A stretch of 63,167 nt of DNA, filler included, from Octopus bimaculoides (taxonomy: Eukaryota): the NCBI RefSeq assembly GCF_001194135.2. It is 13 parts of 10 records of this genome, joined end to end, with 100 filler letters (N's around TTAATTAATTAA, not from the genome) between each part and the next. Parts side by side here need not be neighbours in the genome. Positions count along the whole stretch, not along the records: positions 20,315 to 33,069 come from NC_069003.1; positions 33,170 to 35,874 come from NC_068986.1; positions 35,975 to 39,325 come from NC_068983.1; 10 more parts are not named here. One strand, 5' to 3'. Below, in pieces: positions 23,622 to 36,689 of the stretch. Below the pieces are notes generated by a model. That model was not told the origin of the DNA. It saw only the letters and a program-made list of their open reading frames with translations, and made no database searches. How positions within the stretch are numbered: the stretch's first letter is position 1; each line of letters begins with the position of its first letter. The translations under genes and the position numbers were made by a program.

Positions 23622-24955
23622 ATAGATAATATTGTTTAATCCTGTTGGATTAAAAACTGATCTCAGCGCAGGAGGTAGACCTATTAAAGGTAGTCAATAA
23701 TGTAGACCACTTCAAACAGACAATGGGAGTGTATTGTGAGAAACGTAACTTCCGCGGACACGTCGGCCTTCTGTTAAGTGATTCGACGACCCAACACGGA
23801 CGAAATCATTGCAGGAGGTGACCATTCTTTCAAGCCCTAATCTGGCCGCCATAAATATTTGGTCTTTAGAGTTCTTTTTCTCTTCCCCCTCCTCCTTTGC
23901 TGTCATTTCCTGCATACACACACGTACGTGCGTGCGGGTGCGGGTGCGCGCACACACATAGTCAACATATCTATCTGGTCATGTTATCAACATCTGTCTC
24001 TCCTTTCTCCCACTCCCTCTCTAATATATATATATATGCATATATATATATATATGCATATATATATATGCATATATATATATATGCATATATATATATG
24101 CATATATATATATATGNNNNNNNNNNNNNNNNNNNNNNNNNNNNNNNNNNNNNNNNNNNNNNNNNNNNNNNNNNNNNNNNNNNNNNNNNNNNNNNNNNNN
24201 NNNNNNNNNNNNNNNNNNNNNNNNNNNNNNNNNNNNNNNNNNNNNNNNNNNNNNNNNNNNNNNNNNNNNNNNNNNNNNNNNNNNNNNNNNNNNNNNNNNN
24301 NNNNNNNNNNNNNNNNNNNNNNNNNNNNNNNNNNNNNNNNNNNNNNNNNNNNNNNNNNNNNNNNNNNNNNNNNNNNNNNNNNNNNNNNNNNNNNNNNNNN
24401 NNNNNNNNNNNNNNNNNNNNNNNNNNNNNNNNNNNNNNNNNNNNNNNNNNNNNNNNNNNNNNNNNNNNNNNNNNNNNNNNNNNNNNNNNNNNNNNNNNNN
24501 NNNNNNNNNNNNNNNNNNNNNNNNNNNNNNNNNNNNNNNNNNNNNNNNNNNNNNNNNNNNNNNNNNNNNNNNNNNNNNNNNNNNNNNNNNNNNNNNNNNN
24601 NNNNNNNNNNNNNNNNNNNNNNNNNNNNNNNNNNNNNNNNNNNNNNNNNNNNNNNNNNNNNNNNNNNNNNNNNNNNNNNNNNNNNNNNATATATATGCAT
24701 ATATATATATGCATATATATATATGCATATATATATGTGCCTATATATATATATATGCATATATATATGTGCCTATATATATATGCATATATATATGTGC
24801 CTATATATATATGCATATATATATGTGCCTATATATATATGCATATATATATGTGCCTATATATATATGCATATATATGTGCCTATATATATATGCATAT
24901 ATATGTACCTATATATATATATATGCATATATATATATGCATATATATATGTGGC

Positions 24956-25055
<100 letters not shown>

Positions 25056-26311
25056 TATATATATTCACATATATATATATATAATATGCTCTGTTCTGTG
25101 CTGTATTTTTCAGTACAGTGGTTCGTCAAAGTCTGCTAGTTTTTATTATTTTTTTTATTTTTCTCCCTTTGGAACTTGATTGATTGGAAAGAGGTTCCTA
25201 GCCGCTCATTCAGTGCCCATCCATTTTCTTTAAATAAAGGGCCCCCACCCTCGACCCCTGTCACTCAAGCGTCTCAGAACACGGTGTAAGCGATTTTGAG
25301 TGACTGACAGAAAAAGAGAGCTGGAACACACACTCATTGTCTCTGTCTCTCTGTCTGTCTGTCTGTCTCTGTCTGTCTCTCTGTCTTTCTCTCTCTCTCT
25401 CTGTCTCTCTCTCTCTCTCTCCCTCTTTCCGTCTCCTTCTCACCTACACATATACCCACACATACACACACACACACACAATTACACTCATGAATATGTT
25501 TGCGTGTGTATGCATCTATGTAAATATATCATGTAAACGATGTGTCACATGAAAGCAAATCAAAATATGTATATATATATATATATACACACATATGTAT
25601 ATAAATATATGTATTCAAATATATGTATATAAATATATGTGTATATATATATATTAAACATACATATATATATTTTGTGTGTTAAAATATATATTTGTTT
25701 TAACACCACGTGATATTCCCTTCTCATTGCCTTTGATTTTCACTCCCGCTACCTTCCTCTCTCTTCCTCTCTCTTCCTCTCTCTCCCTCTCTCTCTCTCA
25801 ACAGAACCCATTGACAGTGAGACTAATCATTAAACACACCGATCACTCCTCACCAATCACCTGCCGACTTTACCTTCATTCTTACACCAATCTGTTCTTC
25901 ATTTTTGTTAGATGTGTTGTCGTTTTCGTCGTCGTCGTCGTTGTTGTTGTTGTTGTTCCAGTTATGGCGATTTTGTTTTTTTATTACATTTGTTGTTGTT
26001 GTCGTTGTTGTCAACATTGTTGGAATGAAGCCGACAGGAATATTATGGAGGCAGACTCGAGAGTTGACAGTCGTACTCGCTCCCCACGTCGACACCGCCA
26101 ATAACACCCCACCAACACTCAGTACCCACTCCTCCCACCCACCCACACGCTCACCAAAAAAAATCATTGGTATCACCGGCACCACCCCACCCCACCCTAT
26201 CACGACTGTCACTAACCACCACCACCACTCCCACCAACGGACGACCGAACCTACGTACCCAATCTCTGCCAACGCCACCAACGCCATCGCGTCGTGCCCA
26301 TCTCTCTCACG

Positions 26312-26366
26312 TGAGAATAATAACGAGTCGGGGAGTCTTTTCACTCCCCGACTCGTTATTGTCTTA
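26312..26366. other. Perfect 18-bp hairpin, extendable to ~24 bp
   Basis: AATAACGAGTCGGGGAGT (26319-26336), loop CTTTTC, ACTCCCCGACTCGTTATT (26343-26360). Confidence 0.85.
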
Positions 26367-26569
26367 GGACTGACGACAACGTTGATGACGATGACAACGA
26401 AAATGGCGATGACGCCGACGATGACGATGATGTTAGCAACATGAGCAATAACAATTATTTCTGAGTTTGGGTCTGGATGTTTGTGGGTGCTGCACTCATA
26501 ATCGCTGGATTGTGGGTTCGATATCCTGGACCGGAATGCCATATTATGTTCTTGAACAGAACTCTTCAT

Positions 26570-26980
26570 TTTACGTTGCCTCTTGTGCTTGTGTGGTAAG
26601 AAGTTTGCTTCCCAACCACATGATTCCGGGTTCAGTCCCAATGCGTGACATCTTGGGCAAGTGTCTTCTACTATATCCCCGGCCCGACCGAAACCTCGTG
26701 TGTGGACCTGGTAGACGGAAACTGGAAGAAGCCTGTCATATATGTGTGTGTGTGTGAGACAATGTTTGTTCCCCACCACCGCTTGACAACCGGTGTTGGC
26801 GTGTTTACGTCTTCGTAACTTAGCACTTCCACTAAAGACCGATAGAATAAGTACCAGACTTTTTAAAAAAATGAGTGTTGGAGTCGATTCCGTTCGACTA
26901 AAATTCTTCAAAACGGTACTCCAGCATGGCCGCAATCTAATGACTGAAACAAGTAAAAGAGTACCCCCCACCCACACACA
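26570..26980 (+). mobile_element. Abundant SINE-like family (copies or fragments also ~20330-20490, 44990-45190, 50020-50180, 53820-53990, 55560-55720, 55870-56030, 60110-60330)
   Basis: Recurring tgtggtaagaagtttgcttcccaaccacatg.ttccgggttcagtccca.tgcgtg.cacctt..gcaagtgtcttctactat...ggtagacggaaactgaa head, and a ...gcttgacaaccggtgttgg...gactgaaacaagtaaaaga tail module. Confidence 0.75.
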
Positions 26981-27856
26981 CACACACTTTAATGTGAGGT
27001 CTCATGCTCTTTTATGTTTCCAAACTGATTCTAAGAAATAAGGAAAATATCTTCAGCATCCGATCACGTGTTTTATTCAATTCCTTCATTTTTGAAATTT
27101 TAACTTTTTTTCTTATTCTTTCTAACTTATATCTCTTGATTGCTTCAAGTGGTCGAAACGTGACTTCGGGAAAGGAAAAAAAAGAAGAAAGAATATTACC
27201 CACGGTCCCCTGCTCCTCACACCAAAACAACCCTTCATTTTGTTTTTATCCCTCACACACCATACCATATCTCAAACTTAAGCCGTCCCATTTCGCGTTA
27301 CAACACAACACTAAATTTAAACATTGTTTGATGATAACATAAAGAATGTGTTTTGTAAAATTATCAACCGGCATCAGATACGGACGACAACTATTGCACT
27401 TTCTTTCAATGTCTTTTTATGTAGTTTACGATTGTGTTTTTTATTACCTTTATTTTGTTTTCACTCTCTCCACCCTGCTTAGAGCCTTTTCTTTGCTTTC
27501 TTTTTCTCTCACTTTTCCTCATTTTCCTTTCTCCGTAGTTCGCACTATTTTACATCATCAGATCATCAAGCTGGACTGTAAAAAAATAACAAAAAGCATT
27601 GCCATGTAGAATTCAGCCAACCATTTGTAAAACAGGCATCGTTGCTTAGCAGAATCCGTGTAAAATATAAAAGGTGCCGTGAAGAGCAGCGAATCGGCAA
27701 AATTCTTCTACCATTAACCTTTTCCTGGAATTAGTGATGACTTATCGGCTCCCGTCTTTCTATTACTTGTTTCAGTCATTGGACTGCGGCCATGCTGGGG
27801 CAATGAACAATTGGACCCTAGTACTTAATTTTAAAGTCTGTTACATGCTACTTGTG

Positions 27857-28200
27857 AAGACGCATAGCTCAATGGTTAGAGTGTCAGATTCACAATCATG
27901 AGGTAGTGAGTTCGATTCCCAAAGCGAGTTGTGTGTTGTGTCTCTTGAGCAAGACACTTTATTTCACTCTTCTCCAATTCACTCAGCTGTAGAAATTAGT
28001 TGTGACGTCACTGGTGCCAAGCTGTATCGGCCTCTTTGCTTTTCCCTTGATAACATCAGTGACATGGATAGGAGGGGGTTGGTATACATGAGTGAATGCT
28101 GGTCTTTCATAAACAAGCTTGTTGGGACTTGTGCTTCGGAGGGGAACTTTCTAGGTGCAGCCCCATGGTCATTCATGACCGAAGGGGGATTTTTGCCCTT
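27857..28200 (+). mobile_element. tRNA-derived SINE
   Basis: A-box TAGCTCAATGGTTAG, B-box GAGTTCGATTCCC, then gtgttgtgtctcttgagcaagacacttt core-like body. Confidence 0.7.
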
Positions 28201-29668
28201 CCCAATATTACTTATTTGTAGCATTTTTCCCGGGGTGGGTTGAGCTGGCTCCGACCACCGAGTTCATTATGTCCTTCATGGATACAGATTGCATCCAAAG
28301 GTCAGCCCTTAATGTTCCAGCAGGCAAAATATTGCTTCTGCCAGCGACCCAAAAATCCAGCTTGTGAATTTGACAAATGGGGGAGCAAGCGCGTTGGATA
28401 ACCGAGGACGCTGTAGTCGTAGTCGTCATTCGCTGTAGAGGTCATGTTCGGAGTGTCAGTGGGAATACAAAATTCACACGTAGTGCCAGGTCACATGCAT
28501 ATACGCTTCGGGATAGCTGTGATCCGTGGCAGCCCATCCTGCCGTCGATTGTCGACCGTCGCAGAAGAGTCGCCCACCAAATCACCGCCGGTTAACGAAA
28601 TAAATATAGACTGGGTTTGAAGTGGGTGGTACACATGCTAATTAACCCATTGCTGGGACCCTAAAAGATGCCACTACACCGGGTCGGAGTACACCAGGAA
28701 AGAATCGTTTGCTAAAAGATGGTTCCACATTCCTTAAAACTCTGGAATTGCCGTACCAAGGCTCCACAACCGGATGCAGTTCAAAGCTATACCCAAGAGA
28801 ATCTGGTGCATATTCTATCGTTTTACTTATTCAGTCATTTCGCTGCATTTCTTTTGCTTTCGATTTTGGCATCAGGCTAGCAATGTTGATGAAGAAGAGG
28901 TTTAATCTGTATCATCAACGCCAGTAGTTGACTGATATTCAATTGTATCGATCCCAGATATATAACAGAAAACGCTGGCGCTACCAGGAATTGAACTCAG
29001 AACGCGAAGAGTCGGAAGACTACGACGCTCTAACGCATAGGTTCTCAACCGGGGTTTCTTATAACCTTTGGAGGTCCATTTATCTGCAATACACAAAATA
29101 TTTCAACAGGTTTTTTTTAATATATATAATTCCTATTAACATTTAATTTTAAAAATGGTTATGAGGGCCCTGCAGAGTAAAATTGGAATCAAAGGGGTCC
29201 CTAGGTAAAATATAGTACAGAACCCCTGCCCTAACGAGTCAGTAAAACAACAACAGCAGCAGCAGCAATAATAATGATTATTCATTATATTGGTGGAAGC
29301 TAGCTTGAAGCAAGACAAGGGCCGAACACATACTGAAAGGTGTCTGAAACGGTTGAATCTAATATCATTTATTCAATCGTAACAGACGACAAGAGACTAC
29401 ACGAGTGATTAAATTAATACAAACATCTCCCAGAAATTTCTCTCTAACTCTCTCTGTCTCCCCTTGTCTCCTCCCTCTTTCTTTCTCTCTCTACCTCTTG
29501 CCCTTTCCTTATCATCCCTAAACCTGACGGCGTTAGGGGTGACAGGGAGAGAAGAAAGAGCTTGTAGGGGGCTGACGAGCGATTTGTAGGTACGGCAAGC
29601 ATCAAAGATGGCGGCTGTCATTCAATCAATCCAGAAATAGGCTGGACAATACAGCTAACCGTACTATG

Positions 29669-29714
<46 letters not shown>

Positions 29715-29724
29715 NNNNNNNNNN

Positions 29725-29765
<41 letters not shown>

Positions 29766-30299
29766 ATACGTATGCATGTATGTGTGTGTGACAATAAACT
29801 TTATCATGAAAATACTCGCAAAAGATTAGTGTCACTGTATTATGAACCAAATGAACTGTAATAATTGTAAGCTTGTGTGTGTATGTGCGTGCACGTATGT
29901 GCGCGTGCGCGTGTTTATAACCGGTTTTTGCACTATGCACGGTGAGATCTTAAACGATTATTTGCATATTGTGTTTTTTAATAGTCTGGCAGAATTCAAA
30001 CGTAAATATGCTAGTGGTTGCTTTGCATGTCACAATAGAATAACTTCTTTTTTATGACGACAACGTGTTCATAACACATTCAGCTCATTGGCGTAAAGGG
30101 TGCTAATACACCGGTGTTTCGGCATATTGTGTCTCGTCAATCAGAATTGCTCGAACATCTAAGCCTTAACAAACCACTGGCTTTGTTTATAATTTCAGCG
30201 AACAAAGCTGTTTTTTTCTGATCAGTGCTTATATCTGCCAACGAGAATGTGCTGAAATGTTCCTGGCATTAAGAGTATCGCGGAAGGCCTTGTTGGTGG

Positions 30300-30457
30300 C
30301 CCAACATTCTGAGTTCTTTTACAAGGCTTAGAAAAACTGAAGGACTGCTGCAGTAAGTGTGTGAATCTGAGAGGAGAATATGTTGAATAAAATCATAATT
30401 AACTGATCCTCTTCTATTCTCTTTTACCCCAAACCAGGAACTTTTCAGCTCTCCTTG
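30300..30457 (+). mobile_element. Mariner transposon 3' fragment
   Basis: GLEKLKDCCSKCVNLRGEYVE*, a typical mariner C-terminus, followed by a TIR-like aacttttcagctctccttg and TA. Confidence 0.7.
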
Positions 30458-30834
30458 TACATAGATGTGTGCATAACAAAACACTTGTTTGTACTCAAAT
30501 AACACTAATGTAGTCATAAAGTCGTGTCCACACACACAAAGATATCAAGAAACGCTTAGAGTTACCAGAAGACCTTGAGTTGCGCATCAAAGCGATTCAG
30601 TGCGAGATTAATATATGTTACAACATCTGTCATATTTACAGAATACGTGGGTTCGAGTCTCAGGGGCAGTCTTCCACTTTTTCTTTACAAAGGGTTTTTG
30701 AACCCAACACTCATATGCTATTTTTTATAACTTTTATCTACATCGATCTCCACCGTTAAAAGGTAATTATTTCCGGTTTCTCGCAGTTTCTAACTTCCTC
30801 ATGGAAGCAATACAAAATTTTCGCTGATAAGAAC

Positions 30835-31015
30835 ACCTCATCCCATTTCATCTTCTTCGCCCGCTTATTTCTGGGAGGGCCACTGGAGCCAGAATCCCCA
30901 AGTACGCCTTCCATCGGGTCCTGTCAGAAGCAACCGTCTCCAGTCGATCCGGCGGGATCTCAAAGCGAGACTAGCCAAGCTCATGGATGTCATCCAACCA
31001 CCTTGTTCGCGATCT
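30835..31015 (-). mobile_element. RTE-clade (Rex3-like) LINE 3' remnant
   Basis: Minus strand reads SRTRWLDDIHELG*SRFEIPPDRLETVASDRTRWKAYLGILAP, matching the RPRTRW...DR..W C-terminal pattern of RTE LINEs. Confidence 0.65.
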
Positions 31016-31017
31016 AC

Positions 31018-31364
31018 TCTCGGTCATAGGGTCGCGGTTTCGATTCACACACCGAGTGCTGTGAGTGTTTATTGAGCGAAAACACCTAAAGCTCCACGAG
31101 GCTCCGGTAGAGGGGTGGGGTGGCGAACCCTGCTGTACTCTTTAACCATAACTTTCACTCACTCTTTCTTCCTGTTTCTGTCCTACCTGTATTTTAAGGG
31201 GGACGGCCTTCTCATAATCTGTGTCACACTGAATCTCCCCGAGAACTACGTTAAGGGTACACGTGTCTGTGGAGTGCTCAGCCACTTGCACGTTAATTTC
31301 ACGAGCAGGCTGTTCCGTTGATTGGATCAACTGGAACCCTCGTCTCGTAACCGACGGAGTGTCA
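31018..31364 (+). mobile_element. tRNA-derived SINE copy (family of 34312-34699), 5' truncated
   Basis: Colinear with 34312-34699. Confidence 0.85.
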
Positions 31365-32232
31365 TAGTATACACACACACATATATATNNNNNNNNNNNN
31401 NNNNNNNNNNNNNNNNNNNNNNNNNNNNNNNNNNNNNNNNNNNNNNNNNNNNNNNNNNNNNNNNNNNNNNNNNNNNNNNNNNNNNNNNNNNNNNNNNNNN
31501 NNNNNNNNNNNNNNNNNNNNNNNNNNNNNNNNNNNNNNNNNNNNNNNNNNNNNNNNNNNNNNNNNNNNNNNNNNNNNNNNTTTTAAAATGAAAGCAAACA
31601 AACAAACAAAAAACGGGTGTGAAAGAAAACAACAACGACAATAATAACTATGGCAACAATGAACAGCGCCTATTTTCTCCCCCATTTTAACGTTTGTAAT
31701 GGATACGAGTACATCAGGTCCCTTCCCTATATTTTCTAGTCAATGGAATGCTAGATATGATTACAAGCCAAAATGGCGGCCGGCGTTTTTAGTTTTCCTT
31801 CTCTCTCTCTCCCCATTCGTTTACTCTCGTTGTATTTGAGATTTTCTTTCGTTTTCATTTTGATTCCTTTCTTTTCTTTTTCTTTTTTTGACTCTTCTCT
31901 TTTTCTTTTTTTGACTCTTTTTTTTTTCTTTTTTCTTTTTTACAACCCATCTCAACACTTGTAGCGTTATTGCAATTTATTAGAACAACGAGTGACTTTC
32001 TTACACCTCTCACTTCCAGCTTCGAAATTCCAACAATATATATTTTTTTATTAAATGTTTCACGTTGGCGGCGGAGGTAGTGATGGCAGTGGTGGTGGTG
32101 GTGTTTTGTTGTTGTTGTGGTTTAGTCCCATGCCTGCCTTAAATAAGCAGCCCTTGTTGTTGTTGGTCTTCTTCTTATTATTATTATTATTAAACCCTCC
32201 CACTCAAATTGTAAGCTGTCCTTCGAATGTAC

Positions 32233-32523
32233 CCATTATTATTATTATCATTATTATTATTATTATTATTATTTCTTTTTATCACGGATTTTGTTGGAGC
32301 TCCTGGAGTCCTGCATGCATAGCGGACTCGCTACCTGAAGCCTACAGTACCATGCTATTCGCTCTTTCAATTATCTAATACTTTCCTGATTATTCTGGCC
32401 GTGCCAAAAAAGCAAACCTCTTGTAACACTCTACTGGGCCCTCTATTCCAATCTTCTTTATATTCCTCTTGATGCCTTCTGATACTGTCCCCAATGACCC
32501 AACAATAATTGGCACTATCTTCT
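32233..32523 (-). mobile_element. R4/Dong-like 3' end, copy 1, with (TAA)n tail
   Basis: KIVPIIVGSLGTVSEGIKRNIKKIGIEGPV...GTARIIRKVLDN*, then UTR and tail. Confidence 0.75.
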
Positions 32524-32815
32524 ATTATTATTATTATTATTATTATTGTAGTTGTTGTTGTTGTTGCTATTATTATTATCATCATTATTGCGTTTGTACA
32601 GCTTCTAACGCTGGAGATGTACTACAATGTCAGCTATTCACTACCAGTGAACTAAGGTAACATTTCTTATTTTTCGAGCACCTTCCGGAGTATTCGAGCG
32701 GTTCCAAGCAGTGCTGTTTTCTGCAAGTACTCCACCCTTATTGCAGCCCCTATTTGTTCCGCGTTCTTCTCGAGACTTTTGCTCACTGTTCCCAGGGCTC
32801 CGACAATTATTGGTA
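32524..32815 (-). mobile_element. R4/Dong-like 3' end, copy 2 (different subfamily), with TAA/CAA tail
   Basis: PIIVGALGTVSKSLEKNAEQIGAAIRVEYLQKTALLGTARILRKVLEK*, then UTR and tail. Confidence 0.8.
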
Positions 32816-32825
32816 NNNNNNNNNN

Positions 32826-33069
32826 ATTATTATTATTATTATTATTATTGTAGTTGTTGTTGTTGTTGCTATTATTATTATCATCATTATTGCGTTTGTA
32901 CAGCTTCTAACGCTGGAGATGTACTACAATGTCAGCTATTCACTACCAGTGAACTAAGGTAACATTTCTTATTTTTCGAGCACCTTCCGGAGTATTCGAG
33001 CGGTTCCAAGCAGTGCTGTTTTCTGCAAGTACTCCACCCTTATTGCAGCCCCTATTTGTTCCGCGTTCT
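32826..33069 (-). mobile_element. R4/Dong-like 3' end, copy 3, identical to copy 2
   Basis: Base-for-base repeat of the copy 2 region across a 10-N gap. It may be an unmerged contig overlap. Confidence 0.6.
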
Positions 33070-33195
33070 NNNNNNNNNNNNNNNNNNNNNNNNNNNNNNN
33101 NNNNNNNNNNNNNTTAATTAATTAANNNNNNNNNNNNNNNNNNNNNNNNNNNNNNNNNNNNNNNNNNNNTACACACACACACACACACACACACG

Positions 33196-33234
<39 letters not shown>

Positions 33235-33712
33235 TTTTATAGTGATATATGCAGATGCCTATATACGTATATAGATACTTACATGCACACACGGACGTGT
33301 TTTGAGTGACGGAAACAATAATAGACTAAAGTAGCAATCCGTTTATAATACTTATAGCATATACCTTGATGAAACCTGAAAACTGGTATTCGTCTGGCAA
33401 TTGTATCACTTATAGAGTTAGAAAGCACAGAATTATATATCACTAAGATTAAAATCGTCCAGCAATGGCTCCAACATTGCTACAAACGTATTTCTGCTTC
33501 TTTGAGCTTCGTCAGTATCAAATATCCACTAGCAGTCACATGCTAAAACGGGCTCGGCCACAACTGGTATAGTAAAACAGCAACTAAAACACACCAGCAC
33601 CTTTACTTTTCTTCTATACTTTCCTTCTGACACACGCACAAATACACGCACGCTCGCGAGAGCACACACACACAAACATATACACACACAAACACATTCC
33701 TACATACACATA

Positions 33713-33779
<67 letters not shown>

Positions 33780-34311
33780 NNNNNNNNNNCGTCTTTCAGT
33801 TTCCCTACACATGCTGAATAATGAATATTTCAAACTTTTACTTGAAATTAAAAATATATAATTCATCAGAAGATTTGCATTACAATTTACTCCGTTACAA
33901 TGTATAATTTATGAACAGAATTGAATAAAATATCTTATAGTCAAATTGTTGTTTTTGCTCTTGTTTTAAAAATTCGATTTCATTTTGGGAAACGCTAATC
34001 AGCGTGCTCTTTTATTTCTTGGAAAAACATTACTTTTCTAAGTTTTGTTCGCATCTGTTGTTATATAGCCCTATGCACCTATTATATTTGTTACAACTGC
34101 AAATGTATAACTTCGATAGAAGAGCTGTAGGCTTCATATTCGTTATCCATTGATATTCATTGCTCAATTTTTTTTTAAAGGGACGTTAGATCCGTCCAGC
34201 AGCTGATCTCTACAGCAAAGCATAATTTTTACTCGTTGTCCCATATAACAATATCTGGCATTTTGCATTAACAACGGGCTGTCATTTTAATTGCTATGTT
34301 CCACTAGTGTT

Positions 34312-34699
34312 GTGGAGGCGCAATGGCCCAGTGGTTAGGGCAGCGGACTCGCGGTCATAGGATCGCGGTTTCGATTCCCTGACTGGGCGTTGTGAGTGTT
34401 TATTGAGCGAAAACGACTAAAGCTCCACGAGGCTCCGGCAGGGGATGGTGGCGAACCCTGCTGTACTCTTTCACCACAACTTTCCCTCACTCTTACTTTC
34501 TGTTTCTGTTGTGCCTGTAATTCAAAGGGTCAACCTTGTCACACTGTGTCACGGTGAATATCCCCGAGAACTACGTTAATGGTACACGTGTCTGTGGAGT
34601 GCTCAGCCACTTGTACGTTAATTTCACGGACAGGCTGTTCCGTTGAGCGGATCAACTGGAACCCTCGTCATCGTAAGCGACGGAGTGCCAACAGAAAAG
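34312..34699 (+). mobile_element. Full-length tRNA-derived SINE with 12-bp target-site duplication
   Basis: Head GTGGAGGCGCAATGGCCCAGTGGTTAGGGCAGCGGACTCGCGG...GGTTTCGATTCCC (A and B boxes). TSD TCCACTAGTGTT at 34300-34311 and 34700-34711. Confidence 0.92.
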
Positions 34700-35687
34700 T
34701 CCACTAGTGTTATTTATCTTTAAAGAATTTGGTACATTCTGATTCTGGTGTGTCCTTTTGGTGTGGCCATCAAATCGATCCTTCGTGTAGATTGCATTGC
34801 GAATGAATTTGTTTTTATAAGGAACTCATGTCACGTGTGAAAGTATATAGAGGATATTAACGGCAGTGTCATGTCACGTACACGTGTGTATCGTTGTGAA
34901 TGTAATGCAATGTATGTATGTATGTGTGTGTGTACGCAAATATAGGAGCATGCGTCTACATACGTATGTATGTGTGTATATACATACGTATGTATTATTT
35001 CTTTATTGTCCACAAACGGCTAAACATAGAGAGGACAAACAAGGACAGACAAAGGGGTTAAGTCGATTACATCGACCCCAGTGCGTAACTGGTACTTAAC
35101 TGATCGACCCCGAAAGAATGAAAGCCAAATTCGACCTCAGCGGAATTTGAACTCAGAACGTAATGGCAGACGAAATACCCCTAAGCATTTTGCCCGGCGT
35201 GCTAACGTTTCTGCCAGCTCGTATGTATATACGCATGTATATACATGTATCTACGTATGTGTATACATATACGTAGGTATATACACATATACTTGCATAC
35301 GTATGTATGTGTGTGAATACATACGTATCTGATGCCAAGTCGTTTGAGAGCGCTAACGGAAACATATCTGTCTGTCTACCTGTCTACCTGTCTACCGGAT
35401 CTAATGTCCCTTTAAGAAAAAAATTGAGGAAAGAATATACAGCTCTTCTATCCAAGTTATACATTTTCACTTGTAACAATTATAATAGGTGCACAGGGCT
35501 ATATAACAACAGATATGAACAAAATCTTAGAAAAGCAGGGTTCTTCCCCAAATTAAAGGAGCACGCTGATTAGCGTCTGCCAAAATCTATCTTTCTGACT
35601 GTCTGTCTGTCTTTCTGTCTGTCTGTCTGTCTTTCTGTCCGTCTCTATATCTATCTATCTATCTATCTATCTTTCTGTCCGTCTCTA

Positions 35688-35792
<105 letters not shown>

Positions 35793-36480
35793 CTTCTCAC
35801 GGACGTGCTGTCACATCGGCTGCGAAGGTAAACGTTTATTTGACCTTTTACTGTCCACATTTTGTTGGAATTTTNNNNNNNNNNNNNNNNNNNNNNNNNN
35901 NNNNNNNNNNNNNNNNNNTTAATTAATTAANNNNNNNNNNNNNNNNNNNNNNNNNNNNNNNNNNNNNNNNNNNNTGTCTTTCTTTTACTTGTTTCAGCCA
36001 TTGGACTGTGGCCATACTGTGACACCGCCTTGAAGGACTTTTTAGTTCAGGGGATGTCAACTATTTTTTTATCTATGGACGCCTTTGATTATTATTTTAT
36101 TCTGGTGGACTCTACGCACCTTCCACTCCCGGGTAACCATTCGATATTTAAAAACAGCACATGACCTTGCAGGTGGGGCCCAGTTAGAATTTTCTTCAGG
36201 TTGAGTAGCCCATCCCGCTCAAAAGGTCCTTGAATAAGAATTGTTTGAGGATGTTGAACGAAATACCCATGCTACTTACCACACAGCCAAAAAAAATTTT
36301 AATCTGTCGGTCAGATTGAAAAGATCCCCGAGGTTGAAAGGCAGGGGCGAATTATGCCTACCTAATCTACAAAAAAATAAGATATTTTGCATTTTATGCA
36401 TAGTAATCAGAGTAACGTTCATACTTTTATTGAATTAGGTGCATATTTTGACATAAAAGAAAAATGTTACTCTCGATATA

Positions 36481-36689
36481 CAGGGTGTCCACAAAGTCTG
36501 GGTACATGGGGATTAACACATACTTTAAGAAATTATTTCTTATAGTTAATTGTTTATGTTATGATTTTATTTACTCCATGTACCCACATGGGGATTAACA
36601 CATACTTTAAGAAATTATTATTTCTTATATTTAATTGTTTATATTATGATTTTATTTACTCCATGTACCCAGTCTTTGTGGACACCCTG
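36481..36689. mobile_element. 209-bp Tc1/mariner-type MITE with internal ~80-bp tandem duplication
   Basis: TIRs CAGGGTGTCCACAAAG(T/A)CTGGGTACATGG at both ends, TA on both flanks. The interior is two copies of gggattaacacatactttaagaaatt...tactccatgtaccca. Confidence 0.9.

Noticed and set aside
25850-26983. 377-aa minus-strand ORF and overlapping 179-aa and 141-aa plus-strand ORFs
   Set aside because: They run through a SINE and trinucleotide repeats, have low-complexity composition, and show no recognisable domain or splice support.
29605-31781. YY1-like motifs AAGATGGCGGC (29605) and CAAAATGGCGGCC (31769) as promoters or start codons
   Set aside because: The ORFs that follow are short or run into microsatellite, with no donor site. 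A motif alone is insufficient.
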